Assembly (NCBI GenBank): GCA_963665325.3
Contig: CAXXWS020000002.1
Location: 192,001 to 256,000 of the forward strand
DNA: 64,000 bases
Direction: 5' to 3'
Origin: Alphaproteobacteria bacterium
Lineage (GTDB): Bacteria > Pseudomonadota > Alphaproteobacteria > Bin95
The stretch's first letter is position 1. Every line of letters starts with the position of its first letter. Under the pieces are notes generated by a model that was given only the letters and a program-made list of their open reading frames with translations, searched no databases and was not told where the DNA came from. Positions 21,440-34,728 of the stretch are shown piece by piece. The translations under genes and the position numbers were made by a program.

Positions 21440-24400
21440 CTAACGGGAAGACAGCTCGTTCAGCCTTCGGAAACGATGGTCGTTGCGCAGATCGGGGCGT
21501 TTCGTACCTATAACCTCCAGACACTTAGCCAAGTAACTCCCGCTGCCCGGAGGCAGGTTGTCCCCGACGATCCGGTCGAGGAAATCCAACGCTTCCTCCG
21601 GAAATTTTCCGCATATATCGGATCGTTGCAACTCGAAAACCAAGTGATCGTGGTCTTGTGGCGGTTGTAGCCAGTGTTGCAATTCTTCGAGTGCTTCCGG
21701 GAACACTTCGTTCGCCGCAATACATACGCGGCCGAGGCTTGCCGAGACCGCTTGCGTTCGTCGGTCGCTCGATTTCGGCCAGATAGACTGCAAATAGGGT
21801 CGAACACGGTTTCGCCAGTATTCGGCGCGCTGCTCGCCGGCTCCGTCGAGCGCCCTTGCCAGTGTGCGCGCACATTGGGCCAATGCGCGATCCGGCAGCG
21901 ACCCGGTCGCGGCCCTCAACTCCGCCTCCGTAAACGCACGATTCCTGTCGAGCGCTTCGAATGTCAGCAAGGCCGCATAGGTATGCGCCGCATGTTTGCC
22001 CAGCGTCGGATATCGACCCGCCATATCGAGAAACGGCTTTCCGATTACCTCCATTAATGGGGGATAGAGGCGAGGCGACAAGAAGAAACCCTCCCAGGCA
22101 GCGCGCGCCTCCGTCTCGCAACTTTGCCAATCGAATATCGGCAACAGGTTCTGCTCCGTCCAGTCGCGGTCGATGCGGAACAGCGCGACGACACGCGAGG
22201 CCAGCAGGACGCGGCCGTGGCGAAACCGGCCGACCCGCATATCGCAAAGCATGGTGAAGACGGGTTTGAGTTCAGCTGGCAGGCGCTGCCCATCCTCAGG
22301 CTTGCGCCGGAACCACCAGCCCAGCAGCGCTTCCGTCATATGTCCGACCGGGTGGTTGATGGCCTGCGTTGCGGGCTCGTCGGTGCGTATGTCTAAATCG
22401 TCCCCGCTGTCCAGCGCCAATACTCGTTCGCAGAGTGGCAGGAATAACGGATCGTTCCCGCCCACCACTCTGGCAACGCCCCGCAGCCAGCGGGTCAGAC
22501 CATTGGAAAACGACGAAAGGTTTTCGTCGGAGGCTTTGGCAAGCAATGGCGCGAGATAGCGCCACGACCGCTGCAACGAACTTCCGTCCGACCATGCATA
22601 CAGCGCTTCGCGCCAACGGTCTCCCGGCCATTGCCCCTCTCGCGCCAAGGCGCACAAGGCGCAGGCCGCAACTGGAAAGTGGTCCCGGCATCGGCCGGAC
22701 CAGTCGTCGTCATGCCAAGAATAGTTCTTGGGGTGCTGCCTGAGCCACTCGACAAGTTCACGGCGGCGACGCGGGGATGGAGGCAACTCGGGCGATGTAA
22801 TGCGAGAACCCTCGCCACTCCAAACCGGGAATTCGTCGCTCTCGTCCTCGGCAAGTCCCCAGTTCGGGTATTTCGTGGACAATTCGCCCAGCCGATTCCG
22901 CGCGAGAGATCCTAAGGTTCCTCCGGATGCTTCGATCTTGGCCAGACGTAGAAGAACGGCTCCGTCGCGTATTCTGGTCCAGAGTTCGGAATCTGTGTCT
23001 TCCTCATTGTCGAGAGGCGGGCCAGCCAGGACCGCTGCTTCAAGTACAGCCATGGATTCAGCCGCAAGCCTGGGGGGCAACACAACCAGCAATCGCATGG
23101 CTTCCCGCCGGGTCTCCAAAGACCACAACCATCTACAACCATCATCCAACAACCAATTAAGTCCTTGGTACGCCGGGATGATGTTGTCCTGTGCTGCGGC
23201 AAAGAAGGCTAGACGATGAAACACCGGATAAGGCACGACGCTCCACCTTTCGGCGTTACGCCGCGCCCACTCCGGGGCAATTGCAGCCGTCTCGAACCAG
23301 GCGTCACGAGTTAGCTCGATCAATACCGTCCAATCACGGAAGCGTTCGTTTTGCGGATGATCGCCAATAGAGGGCTGTTCCAGAAATGAATGATCATGTT
23401 TGTCACTCGCACGGCCAAGTTCCCGCATCAAATCCATGGCGTCTCTGAGCAAGGTTCCGAAATCTTCCAGCAGTCCGGGCAATGCTTCCCGCCAGCGTTC
23501 GTTTTCGCGTAAATCGTTGAACAGCGCCGACCAAACATGTTGCTCGGACAACACGATTTCTCCTTCCACAAGGTCAGCGGGCTGCTCCGGTTCCTTGATG
23601 TTCCTTTCCTGTCCGAACCCGGCAATCCGTTTCCGCAAGGAGAGTCGTGGCGTCAGCATGTCCAGCAGTTGCATGCGCAGGCCGGTCGTTAGTCCTTCCT
23701 GATCGAAGCGTTCCTTCCACCGATAAATTCCGATGGCATGAGACGGCCTCTGCATTCGTCCGGCCAGCGAGAGGTCCCAAAGCCTGCGCATCGCCGGCCG
23801 GACTCCTTCTGTCCCTAAACCCGCTTCGATGAAGTCGGCGAACCAAGGATGGAGTTTCCCTCCTTCGCTTGCCATGCGAAGCAGGAGGTCAGGATCGTCA
23901 AGATGCTTGGTGAGCCAGCGCGCCAATTGGGACATGACTTCGTCCAATCGGCCGCAGGCGGCGTTTCGATTCGCAAGCGCCATCCAAGGAGCATGAGTGT
24001 GCGGCGACGGCCGGCGTAGAAGGCTGAACGGCGGCGCTTGGCCGTCTCTTGGGTGAGAGCGTATGCCAAAGCGCTCCAAGTCGGTTTGACCGAAACGGTC
24101 TTCCGAAAGCGGACCGAGCCAATCGAGAGACGGAACCGGGTCGAATTCGGCGAAGCGTTTGGCAGGCAGCCCGCTGGGATCGCTCAGGGCCCACAACATG
24201 CGGCCGACAAAATTACTTTCTGGCGTGCTCAGAAAAGGAGGCAAACCGGCATAGTTGGTGACTATGTCTTTCTTGCCACTAACGCCATGCTTATAGATCT
24301 CCGCCCATTCGTGCAGCGTTTCGTGAAGATACCGATGCTGCAAGTCCTCGCGGTACAGGATCGGCGTTACGTTCTTCGCCTTCCATTCATCGGCGCGACT

Positions 24401-25147
24401 GTGTTCCTCACCATTCGTATAACTTCCAAACGCGAACATTTCCGATGGTGCTTCGTTGAGAACCGTTGCGTCTATCATGTAGCGCAATACCGGGTCGTCG
24501 ATGCTGTAACCGACGAAACAAATGGTGTAGCTGCGGAGCAATTCCGCAACGAACCGAGCCGCCCAGCCTTCGGTCAGGTAAGCGCGGCCGAAATCGCCAC
24601 TGGAAATGACCAGATCGTCGAGACCGGCTGTTGAGGTTCCCTCTGGCAGGATGCCGTGCAGATAAACGAGGCCGTTCCATCGGTTCTTCGCGGGTAGTGA
24701 AGGTGCCCGGAAACTCCCGACATCGGGGCGGGTATCGGCAACTGCCGTCTCGAACAGGCGGTCGAAATTCGTGGTAACGATTCTTGTGCAGTTATCACGG
24801 TCCCGGCCGAGCGTCAGCAACGCCTCGTGCGTTGTATTCGTCTTTAACAGACCCGGCTCCGGTGTCAGAATTCTCGCCAGTTCCCGGCGCACGGTTTCGC
24901 GTCGGCCGACGACGCCGTTCTCCAGAAGGCCGATAGCCGTGTCGAACCGTTTGTCCTCTATCGCCTTCCGTTGCTCGGGATCGGGGTCTGGATGCAGGCG
25001 TTCGTACAGCCTCCGTACCAGCCCGGAGAAGCCGGGCAGGCCCGCCGGATAGGAGATGCCCGCGCCACAAAACAGGACGACGCGGCCGTCTTCATGCGCC
25101 TGAAGCAGGCGGTCCGGGACTTCCGGTCCGTTCGTGCAGAATTGCAT
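21440..25147 (-). CDS. dsr1: defence-associated sirtuin, Dsr1-like SIR2 NADase
   Basis: N-terminus MQF.TNGP.VPD.LLQAHE.GRVV.FCGAGISYPAGLPGF, TTNFD, YLHG, SGDFG.AYLTE.WAARFV, FVGYSI.DP. 1235 aa; lower GC than flanks. Confidence 0.88.
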   Translation of the reverse strand: MQFCTNGPEVPDRLLQAHEDGRVVLFCGAGISYPAGLPGFSGLVRRLYERLHPDPDPEQRKAIEDKRFDTAIGLLENGVVGRRETVRRELARILTPEPGLLKTNTTHEALLTLGRDRDNCTRIVTTNFDRLFETAVADTRPDVGSFRAPSLPAKNRWNGLVYLHGILPEGTSTAGLDDLVISSGDFGRAYLTEGWAARFVAELLRSYTICFVGYSIDDPVLRYMIDATVLNEAPSEMFAFGSYTNGEEHSRADEWKAKNVTPILYREDLQHRYLHETLHEWAEIYKHGVSGKKDIVTNYAGLPPFLSTPESNFVGRMLWALSDPSGLPAKRFAEFDPVPSLDWLGPLSEDRFGQTDLERFGIRSHPRDGQAPPFSLLRRPSPHTHAPWMALANRNAACGRLDEVMSQLARWLTKHLDDPDLLLRMASEGGKLHPWFADFIEAGLGTEGVRPAMRRLWDLSLAGRMQRPSHAIGIYRWKERFDQEGLTTGLRMQLLDMLTPRLSLRKRIAGFGQERNIKEPEQPADLVEGEIVLSEQHVWSALFNDLRENERWREALPGLLEDFGTLLRDAMDLMRELGRASDKHDHSFLEQPSIGDHPQNERFRDWTVLIELTRDAWFETAAIAPEWARRNAERWSVVPYPVFHRLAFFAAAQDNIIPAYQGLNWLLDDGCRWLWSLETRREAMRLLVVLPPRLAAESMAVLEAAVLAGPPLDNEEDTDSELWTRIRDGAVLLRLAKIEASGGTLGSLARNRLGELSTKYPNWGLAEDESDEFPVWSGEGSRITSPELPPSPRRRRELVEWLRQHPKNYSWHDDDWSGRCRDHFPVAACALCALAREGQWPGDRWREALYAWSDGSSLQRSWRYLAPLLAKASDENLSSFSNGLTRWLRGVARVVGGNDPLFLPLCERVLALDSGDDLDIRTDEPATQAINHPVGHMTEALLGWWFRRKPEDGQRLPAELKPVFTMLCDMRVGRFRHGRVLLASRVVALFRIDRDWTEQNLLPIFDWQSCETEARAAWEGFFLSPRLYPPLMEVIGKPFLDMAGRYPTLGKHAAHTYAALLTFEALDRNRAFTEAELRAATGSLPDRALAQCARTLARALDGAGEQRAEYWRNRVRPYLQSIWPKSSDRRTQAVSASLGRVCIAANEVFPEALEELQHWLQPPQDHDHLVFELQRSDICGKFPEEALDFLDRIVGDNLPPGSGSYLAKCLEVIGTKRPDLRNDHRFRRLNELSSR

Positions 25148-25210
25148 CGGGAGTCAAACCTCAACCCTCAAATCTGAGTTGTAACTTAATCCGATTCGGT
25201 GCTCTTACTC

Positions 25211-25945
25211 ACCCCCGGCGCGTCCTTCAGCGCCGACGCCACATCCTGCGTGGCGACCGTGACAGGGCCTGCGGGCGGGCATAGCATGACGGGAGACCGG
25301 CAGCCGGAGAGGGCAGCATGAGCGCAGATGCGGCCTTACGCCGGAAGCGGCCGGCCCGCAAGGCGACCTACCGGGATGTGCTCGACGCGCCGCCGCATAT
25401 GGTGGCCGAGATCGTGGACGGCGTGCTTCACTTGCAGCGAAGGCCGCCCACGCTGGCGGCTCTGGCGAAGACCGCTCTCGCCAGCGAGATCGGCGTTCCC
25501 TTCCACATGGGCCGGAACGGGCCGGGCGGATGGTGGATCGTCAATGAACCCGAGCTTCATTTCGGCGAGGACATTGTGGTTCCCGACATTGCCGGCTGGC
25601 GGCGGGAGCGCATGCCGAAAGTGCCCGATGTGGCCTTTTTGACCCTGGCGCCCGACTGGGTGTGCGAAGTCCTTTCCCCCTCGACGCGGAAACTGGACCT
25701 CGAAGGGAAACGCCCGATCTATGCGCGGGAGGGCGTCGCCCATCTCTGGTTCGTCGATCCGGCGGCGCGGACACTGGAGGCGTTTACGCTCGATGGCGGC
25801 GCGTGGACGGCGGCCGGCGCGGCGCGGGACGACGAGCCGGTATCCCTCCCGCCTTTCGAGGCCGTGACCTTCCCGCTCGACGCGCTCTGGCCCTGACGCG
25901 GGCTGGCCGCCGCGTTACCCCCGCGCGTCCTCCAGCGCCATCGCC
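25211..25945. repeat. degenerate ~30-bp direct repeat flanking the Uma2 gene (25211-25240 and 25917-25945)
   Basis: ACCCCCGGCGCGTCCTTCAGCGCCGACGCC vs ACCCCCG-CGCGTCCTCCAGCGCCATCGCC; 26 of 30 positions identical by manual alignment. Confidence 0.6.
25318..25896 (+). CDS. Uma2 family (PD-(D/E)xK) endonuclease
   Basis: AEIVDG.L, EPELH, VPDIAGWR, PDWVCEVLSPST..D...K...YA..GV..LW.VDP. Confidence 0.92.
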   Translation: MSADAALRRKRPARKATYRDVLDAPPHMVAEIVDGVLHLQRRPPTLAALAKTALASEIGVPFHMGRNGPGGWWIVNEPELHFGEDIVVPDIAGWRRERMPKVPDVAFLTLAPDWVCEVLSPSTRKLDLEGKRPIYAREGVAHLWFVDPAARTLEAFTLDGGAWTAAGAARDDEPVSLPPFEAVTFPLDALWP

Positions 25946-27531
25946 GCGCCTTTTTCAGCGATCATGATGGTGGGGCTGTTGGTGTTGCCGGAGGGGATCG
26001 CGGGCATGACCGAGGCGTCTATGACGCGGAGGTTCTCCAGGCCGTGGACCCTCAGCCGGTCGGTGACGACCGCTTCGCTGTCGTTGCCCATCTTGCAGGT
26101 GCCGACCGGGTGGTAGGTGGTGGTGCCGAGGTCGGCGGCGGCGCGGGCCAGTTCCTCGTCTGTCTCGAAAGACGGGCCCGGCACGAACTCCTCGGGCGCA
26201 TAGGGCGCGAGCGACGGCGCGACCACGATACGCCGCGTCAGCCTCACCATATCGATCGCCACCTGCCGGTCGCCGGGCGTCGAGAGATAGTTGGGCCGGA
26301 TCGCGGGCGGCTCCTCCGGGTCAGGCGATTTCAGCGTGACCCACCCCCGGCTCTCCGGCCTGAGGTTGCAGGGCGAGGCGGTGAAGGCGGGGAAGGTATG
26401 CAGCGGCTCGCCGAACCGGTCCAGCGAGAGCGGCTGCACGTGGTATTGCACATTGGCGGTCTCGCGCGAGGGATCGGACTTCGCGAATGCGCCGAGCTGG
26501 CTCGGCGCCATGGTGAGCGGCCCGCGCCGGAACAGGATGTATTCGAGCCCCATGCCGAGCCGGCCCCAGAGGCTGTTCGCGCGCCGGTTGAGCGTCTCCA
26601 CACCCGAGACCCTGAACGCCATGCGGATCTGCATGTGGTCCTGGAGATTGCCGCCGACGCCCGATAGCTCGCGGTGCACCGCCACGCCGCTCTCCTGCAG
26701 CAGCGCGCCCGGCCCGACGCCGGAGACCTGGAGCAGATGCGGCGAGCCGATGGCGCCCGCCGCCAGGATGAGCTCGCCCGCGACCTCCGCCCTGGCCGCG
26801 CGGCCCTTGCGGCGGAACTCGAGGCCGGACGCGCGCGGGCCGTCGAACAGGATGCGCTGCGCGCGGGCGCCGGTCAGCACGGTCAGGTTCGGGCGGCGCT
26901 GCGCCGGCTTCAGGAAGCCGCGCGCCGTGTTCCAGCGGGTGCCGCTGCGCTGGTTGACCACGAACTTGCCGGTGCCCTCATTGTCGCCGTCGTTGAAGTC
27001 CGGCGTGGGGTGCAGGCCGATGTCCGCGCAGGCGCGCTGGAAGGCGTCGAGGATTTCCCAGCCGACGCGCGGCTGCTCCACACGCCACTCGCCGCCGGTG
27101 CCGTGGAACTCGTCCGGCGGGCCGAAATGGTATTCCGACTTCCTGAACCAGGGCAGCACATCGTCCCAGGACCAGCCGCGATTGCCCATCTGCGCCCAGC
27201 CGTCATAGTCGCGGGCCTGGCCGCGCATATAGACCATGCCGTTGATCGACGAGGAGCCGCCGAGACCCCGGCCGCGCGGGTAGGGGACCGTGCGCCCGTT
27301 CAGGCCCGGCTCCGCCTCGGTGGCGAAGCACCAGTCGGTGCGCGGGTTGTTCTGGGTGTAGAGGTAGCCGACCGGGATCCGGATCCAGATATAGTTGTCC
27401 CGGCCGCCGGCCTCCAGCAGCAGCACCCGGTTGCGCGCGTCCTCCGATAGCCGGTTCGCCAGCACGCACCCCGCCGAGCCCCCGCCCACGATGACATAAT
27501 CGAACCTGCCGACGCTCGCAGTGTCGTTCAT
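25915..27531 (-). CDS. GMC family oxidoreductase (choline dehydrogenase-like)
   Basis: DYVIVGGGSAG, RG.GLGGSSSING, GAIGSP..L..SG, HPVGTCKMG, SGNTNSP..MIAEK. Confidence 0.95.
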   Translation of the reverse strand: MNDTASVGRFDYVIVGGGSAGCVLANRLSEDARNRVLLLEAGGRDNYIWIRIPVGYLYTQNNPRTDWCFATEAEPGLNGRTVPYPRGRGLGGSSSINGMVYMRGQARDYDGWAQMGNRGWSWDDVLPWFRKSEYHFGPPDEFHGTGGEWRVEQPRVGWEILDAFQRACADIGLHPTPDFNDGDNEGTGKFVVNQRSGTRWNTARGFLKPAQRRPNLTVLTGARAQRILFDGPRASGLEFRRKGRAARAEVAGELILAAGAIGSPHLLQVSGVGPGALLQESGVAVHRELSGVGGNLQDHMQIRMAFRVSGVETLNRRANSLWGRLGMGLEYILFRRGPLTMAPSQLGAFAKSDPSRETANVQYHVQPLSLDRFGEPLHTFPAFTASPCNLRPESRGWVTLKSPDPEEPPAIRPNYLSTPGDRQVAIDMVRLTRRIVVAPSLAPYAPEEFVPGPSFETDEELARAAADLGTTTYHPVGTCKMGNDSEAVVTDRLRVHGLENLRVIDASVMPAIPSGNTNSPTIMIAEKGAAMALEDARG

Positions 27532-27699
27532 TTATCCGCTCCCCTCATGCGCCGCATCCTCGTACCGGCAACCGGCCCGGCGGCCGCGACTATACCCTCC
27601 CGATTTCCTTTCCGAGCGCTCGCGACGGCGCCGGTGCATTCGGGACATGGAGCTTTCTGAAACGGCATGACTTTTCGTTCCGGGTCATTGTTATTGGGA

Positions 27700-27797
27700 G
27701 TGCCTCGGTAGCGGCGGTTCCGGGATCGATGCCGTCCGGCAGAGAGGCCATGACGGGGTCCCCACGGATGCCGCCGCCTGTTCAGGAGCGGAGGCAC
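27700..27797 (+). promoter_or_regulatory. long stem-loop 5' leader occluding the autotransporter RBS
   Basis: Nested pairings GTGCCTC(27700-06)/GAGGCAC(27791-97), GCGGCGG(27711-17)/CCGCCGC(27771-77), GGGATC(27722-27)/GGTCCC(27757-62). Confidence 0.45.
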
Positions 27798-27798
27798 C

Positions 27799-30426
27799 AT
27801 GTTCCCACGACAGAAGCAGGAATGGCCTTGGAAAACTCTCTCCAGAGCGGCAGGGCCGCCGGAGGCCGTGCGCAGGACCGGTCCCGGCCGACCGGGTTGC
27901 CGGAGAGCCTTTCCCGGCGCCCGGTTTGCAGCGGGGGCGTTTCTCGCTGCGATGCTTGCAGCGCCGACAATGGCGCTCGCCGGGATCGAACCCGGAGAGC
28001 GGGGCCTGGTCGTCAGCCCGACGGACCTCACCATCGAGGAAGGTGGGAAGGGCAAGATTTCGGTGGTGTTGAAGACCAAGCCGACGGGCCCTGTAACGGT
28101 TCGCATTTCGCGGGACTCGGCGGACGGGTTCGCAATGGACACGCAGCGCATGTACTTCACGGCGGAGACCTGGGACCAGCCGCAGTCGGTTTGGCTGCGG
28201 GCCCGCTTCGACGACGACGCCACGGACGAGACGACGGTCTTCACCTTCACCCCGCGAGGCGGCGACTATAGAGGCGTGGCCCCGGTGACCGCGACAGCGC
28301 GGGTCGAAGACTATGAGGGCCATGCCGTGGAGCGGGGCCTGGTCATCAGCCCGACGGACCTCACCCTCGAAGAAGGCGAGCGGGGGAAGATCTCGGTGGC
28401 GCTGAAGAGCCGGCCGAAGCGCACGGTAGCGGTCCGCATTTCGCGAAGTTCGACGGACGGGTTCGCGGTGGACAGGCTGCGCATGAGATTCACCACGGAG
28501 AACTGGGACCGGCCGCAGTCCATCTGGCTGCGGGCTCGCGAGGATGACGACGCCACGGACGAGACGACGGTCTTCACCTTCACCCCGCGACGCGGCGGCT
28601 ATGACGGCCTGGCTCCGGTAACCGTGACGGCGCGAGTCGACGACAACGACGATGTACCTGTTGCGAGCGGGAATTATCCTACCGTCTCCATCGCCGACGC
28701 AACCGCGGATGAAGGTAACGCCAGCAGGGATATCTCCTTCGAGGTCAGCCTCTCCGAGCCGTCGGACCGGTTGGTTGTGGTCGATATCAAAACCGTTCCG
28801 GGCGGGACCGCTACCGTCGGCGCAGACTATCGCCACGAGTGGTATACGGTCTTTATCCCGGCCGGAACGACGTCCGTCCTTGCCGGTGTGCAGATCTACG
28901 ATGACGATATCGACGATGACGGCGAAACGCTGTTCGTCGAACTCAGCAATGCGCGACTGGTAACCGGGGGCGGAGGTCGGTGGCCGAGCCTCGTCATCGA
29001 GAATTCCCGTGCGACCGGAACCATTCGCAACTCCGATCCATTGCCGAAGGCCTGGCTCGCGCGTTTCGGACGCACAGTCGCGGAACAGGTGGTCGAGGCG
29101 GTGCAGGGGCGTTTTCGGACGCCGGGGACCCAGGGGGTCCGGATGACGCTCGCGAACGAACGGGTCGGCGAAGTGCCGGAGGCGAAGATGCGCAAGGGCC
29201 GCGGGCCGGCTTTCGAACGGCGATCGGTCCCGTCCCGCGATGCGCTGCTCGGAACGTCGTTCTCGTTAGCGGGCGAGACAGCGGAAGGCGGATCGGTTGC
29301 GGTGTGGGGCCGGGGCACGGTTACCCGGTTCGATGGGCAAGACCGCGTTCTCAGCCATCGTGGCGAGGTCGAAAGCGTCATGCTGGGCGTCGACTGGTCG
29401 GGGCCCGGCTGGACGGCCGGCGTACTGTCCGCACGTTCGCGCGGCACGGGCGGCCACACCGGCGCCCGCCAGGTCGAGACCGAATCGAGCATTGTCGGCG
29501 TCTATCCCTACGGGCGTTACACACTGAACGACCGGATCGTGCTTTGGGGGGTCGCCGGCCACGGCCGCGGCGATCTCGCCCTGACGCCGGAAAAGCCCGG
29601 GCCGCGGGCAAGAGCCGGTCTGGACTTCAGCATGGCGGCCGCCGGCTTGCACGGCGTCTTGAAGAAGGCACCCGAAACCGGCGGGATGGAACTGGCGGCC
29701 ACGACCGACGCCCTGTTCGCAAGCTCGGACTCCGAGGCGGTGGCGGGCAGCGTCGCGGCGGCGAAGGCCGGCGTGTCCCGTTTCCGCATCGGGCTCGAGG
29801 CCGCGTGGCTGGGTCTTGGAGACAGCGCCAACGCGGTGGTTCCGCGACTGGAGGCCGGTTTGCGCAAGGACGGCGGCGACGCCGAGACCGGCTTCGGCGC
29901 GGAGATGGGAGCCGGCCTTACCTGGTCGAACCGGGGAAGCGGACTTGCCGTTGAACTGGGAACGCGCCGGCTTGTCGCTCATGACGACGAGGACTTCCGG
30001 GAAGAGAGCTACTGGGGCTCCGTTACCTGGGACCCGGAGCCCGTTTCGGAACGCGGACCGAGGCTGGTGTTCCGGCAGTCGATAGCCCCTTCCGTTACGG
30101 ACGGCGCGGGCGCGCTCCTGTCGCGGCCAGGGGTCCTGTCGGCACAGTATCCCGACGGCCGCGTTGGCGCGCACCGATCGCAGCGCACCGAGGTCAGGTT
30201 CGGTTTCGGACTGGCGGCGTTGGGGAACAGCTTCACGTCGGTGCCGGAGATCGGCCTGGGTCTTTCGGGCTCAAGGCGCCAATACAGCCTGTCATGGCGG
30301 TTGGCATCGGCGCAGCCCGGTTCCCTGCCTCTCGAGCTCGGGTTGCACGGAACGCGGACAGAAGACGCCGGCGGGAAGGGCAATCCGGAGCACGGCGTCG
30401 CCTTCGAGCTGACGGCGCGCTGGTAG
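27799..30426 (+). CDS. autotransporter-like outer membrane protein with duplicated Ig/Calx-beta-like passenger domains
   Basis: Two 111-aa repeats, Calx-beta-like VSIADA...EG...F.VSLS...DD.IDD..ET..VELSN, linker WLARFGRT.A.QV, beta-barrel ending in W. Start could be later (27952). Confidence 0.8.
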   Translation: MFPRQKQEWPWKTLSRAAGPPEAVRRTGPGRPGCRRAFPGARFAAGAFLAAMLAAPTMALAGIEPGERGLVVSPTDLTIEEGGKGKISVVLKTKPTGPVTVRISRDSADGFAMDTQRMYFTAETWDQPQSVWLRARFDDDATDETTVFTFTPRGGDYRGVAPVTATARVEDYEGHAVERGLVISPTDLTLEEGERGKISVALKSRPKRTVAVRISRSSTDGFAVDRLRMRFTTENWDRPQSIWLRAREDDDATDETTVFTFTPRRGGYDGLAPVTVTARVDDNDDVPVASGNYPTVSIADATADEGNASRDISFEVSLSEPSDRLVVVDIKTVPGGTATVGADYRHEWYTVFIPAGTTSVLAGVQIYDDDIDDDGETLFVELSNARLVTGGGGRWPSLVIENSRATGTIRNSDPLPKAWLARFGRTVAEQVVEAVQGRFRTPGTQGVRMTLANERVGEVPEAKMRKGRGPAFERRSVPSRDALLGTSFSLAGETAEGGSVAVWGRGTVTRFDGQDRVLSHRGEVESVMLGVDWSGPGWTAGVLSARSRGTGGHTGARQVETESSIVGVYPYGRYTLNDRIVLWGVAGHGRGDLALTPEKPGPRARAGLDFSMAAAGLHGVLKKAPETGGMELAATTDALFASSDSEAVAGSVAAAKAGVSRFRIGLEAAWLGLGDSANAVVPRLEAGLRKDGGDAETGFGAEMGAGLTWSNRGSGLAVELGTRRLVAHDDEDFREESYWGSVTWDPEPVSERGPRLVFRQSIAPSVTDGAGALLSRPGVLSAQYPDGRVGAHRSQRTEVRFGFGLAALGNSFTSVPEIGLGLSGSRRQYSLSWRLASAQPGSLPLELGLHGTRTEDAGGKGNPEHGVAFELTARW
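27997..28650 (+). repeat. intragenic tandem duplication, 333-nt period
   Basis: GAGCGGGGCCTGGTC.TCAGCCCGACGGACCTCACC at 27997 and 28330; GACGCCACGGACGAGACGACGGTCTTCACCTTCACCCCGCGA identical in both copies. Confidence 0.9.
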
Positions 30427-30479
30427 GGTTCGGGCAACCTGTCCGGGAAGGCCGTCAACCCGGGCGCAACCGTCTTTCG

Positions 30480-30512
30480 GCCTGCGGTTCCAGGGACGAT
30501 GGAACCGCAGGC
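30480..30512. terminator. hairpin between convergent genes, probable terminator
   Basis: Perfect 13-bp stem GCCTGCGGTTCCA / TGGAACCGCAGGC with 7-nt loop; no clear U tract. Confidence 0.6.
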
Positions 30513-30525
30513 GCGCAGTTGAGGG

Positions 30526-31995
<1,470 letters not shown>

Positions 31996-32070
31996 GGGGT
32001 TGCGGCGCTCCTTCGGCGGGGTTGCGGCGGTTGGCGGTAGGGACGATTCTACAACAGTGGGGGAAAACTT

Positions 32071-32085
32071 GGGACAACGGGTCGC
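32071..32085 (+). promoter_or_regulatory. possible RegA/PrrA/RegR box upstream of coxB
   Basis: GGGACAACGGGTCGC fits GNG(A/G)C-N5-GNCGC; adjacent CATAAT at 32085-32090. Confidence 0.3.
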
Positions 32086-32188
32086 ATAATATGCACGGCC
32101 TGCGGCTCTTATTGTCGAGGCGGTCTCTACAAGGCCCGCATTCCGGGCTATGACAGGCCCAGTCGAGGACGTTCGAGGACCATCGACC

Positions 32189-34683
<2,495 letters not shown>

Positions 34684-34728
34684 CGCCCGTTCCCGATTCC
34701 CCGCAGCGCCGGAGGTTCTTCCGTCCCC

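Noticed and set aside
32163-32181. TCGAGGAC direct repeat upstream of coxB
   Set aside because: Two 8-bp copies overlapping the SD region; explainable by chance or RBS content.
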